A stretch of 63,898 bases of DNA, counting the filler, from Bigelowiella natans CCMP2755 (taxonomy: Eukaryota > Protista > Cercozoa), in the NCBI GenBank assembly GCA_000320545.1. It is 11 parts of 11 records of this genome, joined end to end, with 100 filler letters (N's around TTAATTAATTAA, not from the genome) between each part and the next. Parts side by side here need not be neighbours in the genome. Positions count along the whole stretch, not along the records: positions 30,365 to 50,978 come from ADNK01000467.1; positions 51,079 to 55,890 come from ADNK01001001.1; 9 more parts are not named here. The stretch is one strand, 5' to 3'. Positions 39,280 through 52,140 of this stretch are shown here, one piece after another. The notes under the pieces were generated by a model that made no database searches, was not told where the DNA came from, and saw only the letters and a program-made list of their open reading frames with translations. Numbering within the stretch: position 1 is the stretch's first letter; each line of letters begins with the position of its first letter. Both the position numbers and the translations under genes were made by a program.

Positions 39280-41725
39280 AAGTAGCAGCAGTAGTAATAG
39301 TGGTGGTATTTTAACTCTTACGATATATACTTCAGAATCGAAGCTTGTATTCCTATCTTTGCAAATTCTCGGGGCTGGACGCGACGGAATCAGTCACAAA
39401 TGCGCTGCTCACATATCTTGCTCAAGCCGTGCAGGTTATTGTTTGGGCGTCGTTGCATACTCAATATAAACTTTAACTTGCGATTGTCGTGAGACGCGGA
39501 AGAAAATTCAGCGGCGGTGTAATTCTATTTTCTCTCGTCGAAAAATATCGATGTTTTATTGTCAACACGATCGCTTCGTTCGAGCCCGAGTGTCATCTGA
39601 TCATCGATGTAAAAAGTACACCATGGTCATCATCGCCTTTTATTATCATCACTTCATCATTATCGTCACCGTCATCAATCAGTGGCGCTTGGACTTTTAT
39701 CGTGCACAACGTTTGATTTGCAAGCTCGACTATAAGGTGTGTGTACCGTTGGGGCAGTAGCAGCAGCAGTATCAACAACAACAACAACAACAACATCAAA
39801 GAGCCTCTAGAATCGCACTAACAAGCAGATAACACTGTTTTGCACGCACTATCTGAATGATAACAAGTCATAGTCACACCTTCACCAGCCAGAAAAAGAA
39901 GCACATAAATACCATCGTAGGAGTTCGCACTAGGGACAACAACGACAACAACAATAACCACCACCACCACCACCAACGGGCAGAGGGAGGGGAAAGGTGA
40001 AATAATACATCGGTAGCATTAACTCATCATCAGCCATTGCGTCTGCATGTCACCCAAATCACCAACGGCAGAAAGAGGGCAAAAGCCTCCCTCGCTGCGT
40101 CGCGCGGCAGCACTGCGCGTCGGTGTTTGACTGATAATATCTCGAGGAGGAGAAGTAACCGGTTTTCCACCTCTTCACACACAGACATTGACCAACGTGT
40201 TACGTGCCCGATATGCACAAAAACATGCAAGGATTGGCTACAGGTATGGCCTGTCTACTGCGTCTGCATCTGCCCCCCCCCCCCCCCCTCCTCTTCCTAT
40301 CCCATATAGAAGCCGCGAGATAGCGAGCAAAAGTCTATGAAACTATACTGAAAAATCACGCGTTTTCGTCGTCACCGTCGCTATGGCTGTCCACTCAGGC
40401 CGAGAAGCATATCACTGGGTGTATAGCAGGTCAGATAAGAAGGAAGGGAGAGCGAAACCGTGATGAGTAGTGAAGCTGTTGATGAAGAGGAAGATGATAA
40501 GTCCGCACTGAGCTCGCAGATACAACTGCTACCATCACATCGACGAGAAAATTTGAGTGTGTTCATCGTGGGGCAGTGTTACTGCTACTACTAATTTTTC
40601 CCCTCCCCTGAATTTTAATACTTTTAAACCCCCCCCCCCCCTTCTCCTCTTCCTCTTCTCCCAAGGCATCCTTGGTGTGGTGGGGTGTGTCCACGTCTCC
40701 GATGATTTTGCCGCCCTCCGCCATCCTACCCGCAGTGCAATGTGCGTTTTGTGCAAAGGGGAAGGGAACAAGGACCTTCGGAGACACCTCGAGAGTAGGG
40801 TTGCTGCTGCTGCTGCTTTGTCACGATTGAGCTGTCTAGCAGCAGTAGAAAATAGCTAGTAATAATAGTGTAAAGCCAGAGGCGAATCGGTCTTCCCATT
40901 AGTATTAATATGCGTTTATGACTATATTTCCTACCTTCTTATTGCTTCCATACACGCCTCCTCCCCCCCTTCGTTCGGTGCCAGATTGCTGGGCCTGCCC
41001 GATGTGTACACGGCCTGTGGCGAGGCAAGAGCTGCTCGGTCACGTGGAGAAGTGTGCATCTTGGTACAGCGAAGACAGAGAGGTAGTAGAAGAAAGGAAG
41101 AAGATTATGATGATGAGGAGGGGAAGGAGAAAGAGGAGGAGGAAAATCGAAGAAAGGGGGGGGGGGAGGGGGGGGGAGAGGGTCTTTGTAACATTCATCT
41201 CGACTCAACCGCATTTGGAGAGTGGATTTGTGCTTTTTTACAATCACTTCTACTACCGCTACTTCGCTGCTTACAGCCCCGCTAGATGACACATACACAA
41301 CATTCCTACTTGCTTTTCCTTCTTTTGGTTAATATGGGTACACGACTGGCGTCGTCGCAGGAGCAAAACATGGTTGACAAGCTGCGAAAGGCGCAAACCG
41401 ATCTCGAGCAGTGCCAGATTAATGCTTTGGATCATGTCAAGAAAGAAGCAAAGTAAACACAACGTCTACACTTATCGCAGAAGTAGCATGAGCGACCATA
41501 GCTGTTGTTGTTGTTGTTGTTGTTGTCGCAAGAATTCTACCAGTTGCGCCAGCGGCAATGTAAAAATCGACCCCCCCCCCCCTTCCTCTGGTCTGGTACT
41601 TCGTGATTAGAATCGCATCGGAGAAGGCTCGGGGCAAGGTGGAGGCGAGGTTGAAGGCCATGAAAATTAACGTGGCGGATCTTGATCTAGTGAACAGGTA
41701 CCGGGGGTAGTAGTAGAAGTATACG

Positions 41726-41776
<51 letters not shown>

Positions 41777-42227
41777 ATACATATCTCCGCAGATATATCC
41801 GCAATGCAGCCCCGATTATCATCCACTTCAACTGCGACAAGGTTCTGGATTTCTTCGTCAAAGGTACGGCGTGTTTGCGGTTGGTCAGCCTGAGAAGGAA
41901 GATGCGTGCGAGTGCTGCTGCAGAATAGCAGCAGCAGCACCGTTGTTAGATACGAATCCCACTCGTCAGCAATCGACGGTGCTATAGTGCACGACTAGGA
42001 CTGGGATTGGAGAGAAAAACAGAGAGCAGTTATACTGTTGTGATGTTGTTATGTTGTGTGTGTGTGGATGCAATACCACTGTCTGGCACTAGATACGCAC
42101 TACCGCAACCTCTTTGAGACGAGTACAAGGTGAGCAATGAGACTAATACTACTACTGCTGCAGCGCCAACAATACCAACACCAACAACAACGACGATGAT
42201 GGCACTAGAAATACGTTCTGTTTTTTC

Positions 42228-42298
<71 letters not shown>

Positions 42299-42361
42299 GA
42301 GGGAGAGAGCATTCACACTCGTTAGCAGCTTTCCCGTACCATCTCAGCATGATCGATCACT

Positions 42362-42409
<48 letters not shown>

Positions 42410-42660
42410 GAATATTTATAGCGGTGGAAGTCGAGACTTTACTGCGCGACAACAATGGGAGAATACGATTTTTAAATGCGCCTACAAAAACGCCAAGCCG
42501 TTTGAAAGGCCGAAATACGGTACTACTACTACTACTACTACTTCTACTACTACTACTACCGACAACTCTGTAAGGAGTAATGTATAGTAACACATGCAGC
42601 GCTAAACCGAATTCTTGTCGCCGTGAATGGCTTGCGTACGCACGAATTGTTATTTACACA

Positions 42661-42698
<38 letters not shown>

Positions 42699-42712
42699 AA
42701 TACACACACATG

Positions 42713-42755
<43 letters not shown>

Positions 42756-43603
42756 GCACACACACCGAAGCTTTCTCGCACATGTAGTCGAGGGGCAGAG
42801 AGGCCAGTTACTACACGATGAAGTGAATTGACATCTCTCTCTTCCCCCCCCCCCTCCCCCCCCTTCCTAATATTCAGGAGTACTTAACTTTGCCAACGAC
42901 CCTTGTGGTGTGCGGACATGCTATCACTACGGTGACTCCTTCCTGCTACTGAGAAATGTGCGCCTAAGGACGACGTTTGCACAGAAAGACACATCATGTA
43001 CGTTAAAATAGGCGAATATTAAAAGTAGTACTAAGGTGTCAGGACGGTGAGTGCCATCTCACACATTCACCCCGCACAACTGCTGCATCGTAGCCGCGAC
43101 AGCGGTGTACCTATGCGCGGGCCATTGTCAGTTTTTAGCTTTCTCCATTTCGCTGAATCGCCCATAGCAGCTGTTCTCGTTGTATGATAGCTGAGTAGCA
43201 TTCGTTTGCACCCATCGTCATCTTCCTCCGTGATGGACCGGTTTCATTTTATGATATACCCACAGCCGTTAGAAGCGTGAGCGACATGGCCACGTGCGAG
43301 TACTACATGCACGTGATGGCGGCCTTCAACGATGCAGAAATTAAAGACGCGCTCAAAATTGCCCGAGGAGACCGGAAATACGTCCGACGCAGCTCGCAGG
43401 TCGGATACAGGGAGGTGCAGATACACGGGGAAGTGCGCTTCGATCGTGATGTGTCATGTGTCATTGTAAATGCCCGCCACAAAGAATGCGACAAAACCAT
43501 AAAGAAGCTGGAGAGCTTCCAGGCCCGGCATGGCGTGCCGTACGTGTGGATGAGTGAAGGAGGCAATTACAGGCACGCCCGACGCATCGCACGTAAGAAG
43601 TAG
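33978..43603 (+). CDS. Multidomain protein: RanBP2/NZF zinc finger - acidic region - UBC/RWD-like (E2-fold) - helical region - three C2HC (UBZ-like) fingers - C-terminal DUF3626 domain
   Basis: ZnF WACKHCTFIN..CEICGQPK. E2-like DYVEFRVIFDMRLHPFYPPKVVSVYPRL..LLLENWKP. Fingers CPICTKTCKDWLQAEKHITGC, CVLC..RRHLENC and CPMC..LLGHVEKC. DUF3626 hallmarks IIIHF, DTHYRNLFETSTSGG, RQQWE, ERPKYGVLN, YGDSFLLL, RTTF and YREVQIHGEV. Splice phases checked continuously from ~38.9 kb to the stop at 43603; the 5' joins are less certain. Confidence 0.75.
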
Positions 43604-44512
43604 TTAACTTTGGCAAAGAGCCGGTTGAAGGGTAGAAAGCAGCGAGTGCATAGCGTACGTTGCTAGCGAAGAAGTTTTGTGCACATCGATCATCACTGCA
43701 CATGTAATGGCTTACGTTGAGCACATGCGAAATGAGCAAAACACGACGCATGCCATGACATTATACACATGCTAGCATGCACTTGCATGTAGCTTTGTGC
43801 ATTTCTAGCATTGATCGATGCGAGCTTTGTTTAGCGTAGCTGTACCAGTGTAGTAGTAGCGGGTGATGTGCAGCGCACGGCATTTTATGATCATCAGGGA
43901 CATCTAGACATCACAGGCAGCAATAACAGCCAGGCATGTCTCGTGCTGCTACAAGTCACATAGCTAGATAGCTTTATTTCTCGCCGACAAGATGCGGCCT
44001 GTATATCTCGTACAGCCTCACGCGGGCTAGCGGGCACACGCATGCATTAGACAGAGAATTTACCCTCGCCCGGTACAGGGCGATCCTTGTGATCGATTTG
44101 ACCTGTTAATTTCGTCAGGATTTTTCCGAATTTTGATTTGTCCATCTTATCATATATTGTTACTACATTTACTGAATTCATTCTCGTGCCGCACACGCAT
44201 TTATGTAGAGACTTGCTAGCTTTCTGACGTCGCATCTCTAACTGCAATCTCGCGAGTGCTATTTTTATTCACCTAGTCTAATGCCACCATTCTTTCGTCG
44301 CGGAAATAGCGGACTAGGCTATGGTCTTTATTTGGCTAGTCTGTGTTTTGAAAACAAGAGCCTCCCTCCCTCCATCATCATCATTCTCACTACTATAACT
44401 ACTTCTACTACTACTACTGCTGGTGGTGGTGGTGTTCTGATAATACGCTTGTTATGCCCTGGTAGCTCACAAAGAGAGCAGATGAGGCCACCACCGGCGC
44501 TGCTGCTGTGTT

Positions 44513-45461
44513 TTAATTACGGACGAGGTCATCACGAAGAACAAGCTTTTGCCGTGAGCCGCTGCTCAGGAAGGCAGTGAATACGCGTATCCTTCTCCCC
44601 TCCCCAAACTCTCCCTCTGGGTAAACGCTGAAAGAGTGGCCGTCGTAGGTTTTGAGGAGCTGCTGGGCCTCGGGGCGCAGCCCCGGGATTATCTTCGATT
44701 CTTCGCCGCCGCCCATCCAGTACACGTCTACCGCGCGACCGAACCCATTAGCGAGGCTCATATGTACCTGATTTCCAACCGGCTGCTCTCGGCCCCACTC
44801 ATCCCCCCCCCCCCCCGGCGCCGTACTGATTGTCGCTGTCCCCCGAGTTATCGTCCATGCCCCGCTGGATATTGACCACCTGCGTCTCCCCCTTATCGAT
44901 ATCAGCCGTCCAACGCGCAAGCACCCTCACGCGATCTTCATCACGAAAGACGAATGAATCGGTATGGTACGTGTTCATCTGCATGGTTTCTCCGGGCGCC
45001 AGCCTACCTTGGACGTGTCGCGGGTTTGTCACCCAGCTCACGAGGCAGGGGACGTCCATGCGGTTGACGAACGTCGCTGAGAGCGATTTCCCGCGCTTTT
45101 TTTCCTTCTCGGCGTCGCGGTCCTTGTTCCAAATCCACAGGTTCGCCGCCCACTTCTGCCCCTTCAGCACCGGACAGCCGGTGTGCATTGACATGTGGTC
45201 GCCCTTGCCCTGCATGGCCGAAAAGGGGGGGGGGGGGGGGGGGAGGGAGATGTCGGAATGGTATATTTTATATGGTTTACATGAATATATTTCACGCCCC
45301 AAAGATAACTGATTATGGTGGTGGTGGTGGTGGTGGTGGTGGTGGTCTAGTCATTGACGGTCTCGCAGGAGGAGGAGGAGGAGGAGGAGGAGGAGGAGGA
45401 GGAGGTGGAGGAGGAGGAGGAGAAGGAGGAGATTCCCATTATTCGCATTCATTGTACGTGC

Positions 45462-45514
<53 letters not shown>

Positions 45515-46989
45515 AAATGATGACGACTACGACGACGACGATGGCCGCCATATAACTTACCACGATCATCATGGATGATACGCACACACACACACACAAA
45601 TGTGTACTTACGTTAGGATGCAAGCTATAGAAGAGAATGGCCCTTGCCATGGCGGGCTTCACGGAAAATTTCCCGAAGCACTTCTCCACAGCTTCCATCT
45701 CCCATGATTGCGGCCCGAACATGCCTCGCGCAACCGACATCGAATACTCTAATTCCGATCTATCTCCCTCTGCCTCAGGAAACCTGCGCACGCCAAATGA
45801 GGAAAGGGAAGGAGGGTTAGAGGAGGGGGGGGGGGGAGCGAGGAGAAGGGAGCGGAGCAGCTATCACGCCAACGACTAATAATCGGCATGTAGACACCAC
45901 CACACAGCACACAAACACATCCATTTCTAAAATCCTAAACTCAAGGGGCAATGTGAGCCTCGCCGTGAATGCAATATGCTGATTTCAAGGCGTCGCAGCA
46001 GCATGACACAAACAGCAACCCTGTCTGGCCGCCGTGCTCGACGTCCGATAGATAAAAAAAGACCGTGGCGAACCGGTTGGCCCCCCCCCTCGTGACGTCG
46101 TAGTTGCGGCCATAGACCTGCGACTCTGGAAACCAATCTGTGTGCCACCGGTACCTAGCACGGCGTAAGTCAGTCATTCGAAATGATAATGTGATTCTTT
46201 TCCATTAAAAAAGAAAAAGAAAAAGAGTATTGAATTCAGTGATTCAATGGACGCACGAATGGCTTGGGAAGGGGGAGGACTGCACGTGCAAAGAGAGATG
46301 TTATATATAAGGTGTGGTCATTGGTAGCTGCTTCTCAATCTGACATGTTGGTTGTCGAATGATCGTACCCGCCGCTGGCATTATAACGCAACACCTGGAT
46401 ACCGTCAGCGAGGGGAGCATCGTACCTTTGATAATGATGGTGGTGGTGATTATGATGGTGATGATTATAGCCAGATAATACAAGGAATCGAAAATTGGGT
46501 GGGATTTGACATTATGTCACTAAATATGTGTCCAAACCTCTCACGGTCTCTGGTACTTCTCATCATCATCATTATCATCATGATCATCATCCTCATCATC
46601 ATCATTACTTCATGCGGACAACGTCAAACGCCCTCTTGGTAAGATTCAGTGAAACGGCGCTCTCTGAATGCACAAAAGCGTTGTCACTCGTGCGAAAGGG
46701 ATCGACATTTCCAGTATGGCCGGTAGTGGATCTCTGGAATCTATTGCCTTCGTGATCAACATTCATCGCTGCCTGCCGCAGCCCCTCAGCTTCCTCTTCT
46801 GTGAGCAAGTTCTCTATCTCGAAAACACGAGGCGAGTGGTTGAGAGTCCGCAGCCTAATTGGCTTCTTGTTCGTAGTCTCGACGTCGGTGATGACGACGG
46901 TATGATTGATTTCCACGGTGGGCCACATAAATAGGAGGCCATTGGGAACCACGTAGTACTTCTCCTCTTCTGTATCGGCGTATGTGTGT

Positions 46990-47025
<36 letters not shown>

Positions 47026-47780
47026 GTGTGTGTGTGCGTGTGTGTGTGTGTGGTGTTGCTTGCTGTGAGTGCTGGCTTCACATGTCAACGTTCGGCGTTG
47101 GGTCTTTTCTTCCTTTTCCTTTTTACAGTGTATATGTACGCTCGAGAGAACCTTTGAGGTGACTCCAATCTCCGATCTCATGCCCTTGCCCATTGTAAAG
47201 CTTATATGGCCGTCCGAAACCGTACTCTGATATCTACCAATCAGCGAAGGTTGGAAGTAAGCAAGGCTATTTGGACAACGAAGAATCTCCTCATGCAACA
47301 CACACAACGGACTCGCTCGCACGCGCACAGCGCTGTGTGACGGAAGGAGTGCCATATTGGTATTATTGCAATTATTATTATTGATGTTGTTGTTCGCGCG
47401 CGCGCGGCCACACACGCAGGTGCGAGCGTATAATGAGCACACAACCTGGTAATGCTGCAGGGTATCGTTTGCTCTCACAATATCCGCAATTCGGTTCACA
47501 AGCCCTTGGAAGTCTTCGCCGTCTTGCAACGAGACGCTGGCTTCGACACCATTATTGACCCCATTGTTGTGGAACATTGCCGTCTTGGCCGATTTAGTTC
47601 CGTCTTCTTGCGGTACGTTCTCACACTCACCCGGAGAGATGCATTGGCGTGATTCACTTTCCATCGATGAACCAGTCTCGTTATCATCTCCCATCGCCCC
47701 GAAAGGGGAGAGAAAGAGTAGAAACGCCAGGGCCAGGGCTAAGTAATATATGCATGTACGATGATGCGTCAGCAGATCAG
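44513..47780 (-). CDS. Prolyl 4-hydroxylase alpha-like 2OG-Fe(II) dioxygenase with two C-terminal VHL-beta-like domains
   Basis: LNHSPRVFEIENLLTEEEA, RTSDNAF, DGIQVLRY, YRWHTDWF (HxD), NRFATVFFYLSDVEHGGQT, VKPAMARAILFYS, HTGCPVLKGQKWAANLWIWN. C-terminal repeats ATFVNRMDVPCLVSWV..MNTYHTDSF and LANGFGRAVDVYWM..KTYDGHSF. Hydrophobic N-terminal segment; start codon not resolved. Confidence 0.9.
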
Positions 47781-48633
47781 ATTCTCTATCGTAATTTTAT
47801 CTTCCTATAGACGCGCAGCGCGAAATGTTCTCGATTTTCACAACACTATAATCTGATTTGGATTTAAGTCATCCCTCTCTCCCCCCTCGTCCCTCCTCCC
47901 TCCCCGAAACCGAAAGAAAAGAGCGTGTGTTGAGGAGAGCCAAGAGACCCTGCATCGCTGGAGAATGGATCACAGATTTCAGATCTCGGATGGTGTAAAT
48001 ACAGAATCAAACTTCAGTAAAATCTCCGCCAAAATTATGCAGCTTCCGATAAGATTCTTTGACGCAGAAAATAATCTCACGAAGTTTAAACCACACCCTC
48101 GGATTCATTTGTCTCTTAGGGAGGAAAGCCTCCCGTTCCATGCCAGCAGCCCTCAAACGCATAAATCCCCCTGCGTTTCGGTATTGCTTCTGCGGCCCAG
48201 ATATCCCAAGATCGCGCAGCGAACGACACGCAAGAAAGTGTTGTCTCATGTCCAAAAACGCACAATATTTCCCACCGCAGGAAGATTATTAGGTAGAGCG
48301 ACAGAGTTGTTACCAGAGTTATTAGCTAAAAACCGGGATTCGGTGGTCTCACCGGGTATTACCGGGAATAACAGCTGTCGATAAGGGCTCAGTACCCCAA
48401 TCTAGCAATCGCCGCGCCCGGGCGGGAGCGGGCTCAGAGGGCCGACTGGTTCGAAGGCGGGGCGTGCATATTTCCACAGCCAGAAACCCAAATAGCAAGA
48501 GCACAGGGGGAAACGAAGCCCGTATATAGCGATTTGCTTTCGGCTATCACCGGTATTCTCGGGGACATTCACTCCCCTCCCCCCGATTCTTCCCCGCCCT
48601 TCCACACACGATCCACCGAAGTGAATAGCGGTC

Positions 48634-49241
48634 ATGATGAGACCGTTATTCAAGCGCTCAGCTTCGATCAGCATCGTGGAGGTGCACAAGATTGCGGAAC
48701 AGCTGAGAAAGGTAGTGCACCGCTGTTACATTCCAGATCGAAAGGGGCTCAACAACAGTGTGCTTACGAACGCAGGTGGAGGCGAAAAAGAAGAAGACTC
48801 GCAGAACAGTGAAGTCCATCTCCGAAAGGAACTTGATTTACAAGGTGAGCCTGCTGCCGCCGCCTCATCAAACACCGCGTCACCTTGCTATTTGCTGATT
48901 TACGGGTATATCTCTGCATATTCAGATATTGAAGAACAATCGGTTGTTTTCACATCTCAGCGAGGTAGTAGGCCATTTCGCCCAGCGCCTACGAATTTCA
49001 TATTGTCTTTACCTTGTCGCGACTAGAAGTCTAGATAACTGAAGCATGCGCTCACAGGATAATTTGTCAAAGCTCATGAGAGCGATGTACTCCGAAACGT
49101 ATGAAATTGGGGAGCAGCCAATCACGCAGGTAGCCGTTTGTCCCCACTTTTCACCGAGTTTTGCACATAATTTTCAAAATAATTTAAAAGTGATGAGAGA
49201 AATGCCGTGGTGGTAGCGTGTGTAGATGTAAATGATCGTGC

Positions 49242-49272
<31 letters not shown>

Positions 49273-50039
49273 TGTGTGTGTGGTTTTGAGTATCGAATTA
49301 CTTGAATACATTTACATCCTAAATACGATGCTGTATCATTGTGATAATGTAATATTGCACGCTCATTTTGCGGACACACCTAACATCTTCAAGGTAGGAT
49401 TTTTGTTTTCTTCGTGCAATCCTGAAAAGTAAAGTGGTGATGCATTATGGTGTGTAAGTGTTGAGCGTGTTGGTGTGATGAAGCTCTCGTGAGAAACGTC
49501 TCCATTCCCAACGATTCATGCAAACGCTATTGCATAGGGAGATATCGGAGACTGCTTGTACATCGTGCAGAGCGGGGGATTTGATGTAAGAAGAGAATTT
49601 TCGAAATACACACAGTCGCTCCCCATCTAAATAACAAGGGAAGAGTAACGATTACAGCAGATTCGAATGACAGATTTATGCACGGGGGGGGGGGGGGGGG
49701 GCGTGCTAGAGGGCGAACAAAGTCCCCAAAGGCCCTTTGTGACATCAACGCTAAACACAGGTTTTTATTACCAATAAGTATGGCGTTGAACGGAAAGTGT
49801 CTTATAAAGGTCAATATCAGTCGTACGCGTATCATCAATTCCGAGCAGCATGTGCTTGAGCAGATTTGGTGTCTTCTTGATAATAGACTCAAGGGGGGGG
49901 GGGGTGGGGAGTAGGAAACAAATCAGGAGGGGGGAGGAGAATATCGGTATTGATGAATTACATGAGGCCAGCCCTCAAGATGCTGCTGCTATCACTTCTA
50001 CTACTATTACCACGTGAAGAACAGCTTATATAGCATATA

Positions 50040-50117
<78 letters not shown>

Positions 50118-50180
50118 CAGAGCCAGCACATTGCTTTGGCGAAGTAGCACTCATGTACAACATGCCTCGGAAAGCGACGG

Positions 50181-50218
<38 letters not shown>

Positions 50219-50978
50219 TTTCCTCATCTCTCTCCCCCTCTCTCGAATGCCACGGGACATCTTCCGGCAATATCGGCATGATATTGCATGGTTGTTGTCT
50301 CTCGCGCTCTTTGTAGTGATGATGAGCCTGGTAGATATAAGCAGAAATAGTAGTACACGAACGCAGTATTAGTAGCAGCGGCAGGTTTTGTTTTCACCTT
50401 TCATTGAATCATGAACCACAACGACGACGTCGACGATGATGATGATGATGATGATGATAACTTTCCTCATTTTATGCATCAATCGTGCAGGAGCGGTGTC
50501 CTCACCCTCGCTGAAACCCTTTATGGCTTCGATTGTTACTGTATTGAGTTGCAGATGAAAATGCTGGTGTTTGTTGTTTGTGCTGCTGTTGTTGTGCTTG
50601 TTGTTTCTGTTGTGTGCACAGGTCCGCGCTGTCAAAAAATCCGTGGTTTGGATCGTTAGCAAGAGGATGTACCGAAAGTAGGAAGGGCGTCGGTGGATGT
50701 GTATTTAAGTGTTTGTGTGTGTGTGTGTGTGTGTGCATAAATATTATCATCCTTATCATCATGTGCTCATATCGTCACACATCATCATTCATCATCATCA
50801 TCGTCATCATCATCATCATCATTCATCATCATCATCATCATCATCATCATTCATCATCATCATCATCTACAACACCAATCTTCCAGGGTGCTAGGTGTGA
50901 GCATGACTACCTTCAACGACGACGTGTTCCGCGACCTCGCCCGATTATTTAGCTGTGCGAGAGAGGAAGGGGTTTCAC
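48634..50978 (+). CDS. Cyclic-nucleotide-binding domain protein (PKA-R/PKG-like), 3' end lost in gap
   Basis: Spliced: LMRAMYSETYEIGEQPITQ/GEIGDCLYIVQSGGFD..FGEVALMYNMPRKAT/VRAVKKSVVWIVSK, which contains the phosphate-binding cassette FGExAL..PRxAT. Confidence 0.85.
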
Positions 50979-51106
50979 NNNNNNNNNNNNNNNNNNNNNN
51001 NNNNNNNNNNNNNNNNNNNNNNTTAATTAATTAANNNNNNNNNNNNNNNNNNNNNNNNNNNNNNNNNNNNNNNNNNNNATATATATATATATGCATATTT
51101 CTGTGT

Positions 51107-51211
51107 ACCGCCTCTTTGAAGCGAAGCTGGGTAGAGTAGCATTTCGCCTGCAAAGGACACCGTGTTTTCTTTTTATATCAACTCAGAGCTACATCCGTAT
51201 CATCAATATCG

Positions 51212-51242
<31 letters not shown>

Positions 51243-52053
51243 TGCCATTGTCAATATTACACCTCGTAGACTATTACTGGTTGACAGTCATCTTACCATG
51301 AATATCAGCATACTGGCGCTTTTGCCGTACTGGGTCGCTCGAATGGTGCTCTGCAAATGGAATCACAGCAGCATTCACTTAAACGCATAAATGATGCTTC
51401 CCCAGCCCCCCCCCCTTTTTTTTATTACAAACGTAAACACCAACAGCACCATCGTCAACAAAATTATGCCTTAATACCATAATGGCGTCCTGGAATTGAT
51501 TCAACTTCCAATACGTATTCGCAAGTCCCATCAGTGCCTGGATTATTGGGTGGACATCGAGAAAGTAACTTAGCGAAAGACCCGGAACTGAAGAGAGGAG
51601 ACGCTAAAGGACTACTTTAACGAAACACCAACCTTCGGCGCAGAGACTTTTGATGCCTTGCTGATTCCATCTTCATAAACCGGGACAGCCTGTGGTGTGT
51701 GTTGGAAGAATCATCGAGTGTTTGACAGAGATCTTTTCGTCGTTGACATTGGGCTTTCATGCGCATGCCTGTACCACCTCGGCAAAATTTCCAGCGGCAC
51801 TCAATTTTTCAGCCTCTTTAATGAGTTCCTCTGCGTTTGCTTCATCTTTCCTGGAGTGGCATGAAGTCAACAAACATGGCTGCCGAAATGCGGAAAGTGC
51901 CCCATACCTCTTCCTCTCCTCATAGTCTTTCGCCACCAAAACCTCGACTTCTGGGCCCTTCTCCTTATTCTTCTCAGATTTCAGATCTGGCGGGGGGGAG
52001 ACACTTCCTGAGGGGGGTGGAGGTATCGATGACCGCGGCTGTGGATCGCTCAT
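51107..52053 (-). CDS. TPR-repeat protein (3' end lost in gap)
   Basis: MSDPQPRSS..AEELIKEAEKLSAAGNFAE/AVPVYEDGI..ALMGLANTYWKLNQFQDAI..AKCYSTQLRFKEA, matching TPR consensus. Confidence 0.7.
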
Positions 52054-52140
52054 TGGGATTCTCGAGATTTGGCAGCCACGTTGGGGAGGAATGCCCAAGT
52101 CGCACAAGGCTCGAGAATTCAGGAAAACGGTGCGATTTTC

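Noticed and set aside
39337-39435. Apparent parvulin motif (MRCSHILLK)
   Set aside because: Off-frame; splice phases require the frame NRSLYSYLCKFSGLDATESVTNALLTYLAQAVQ.
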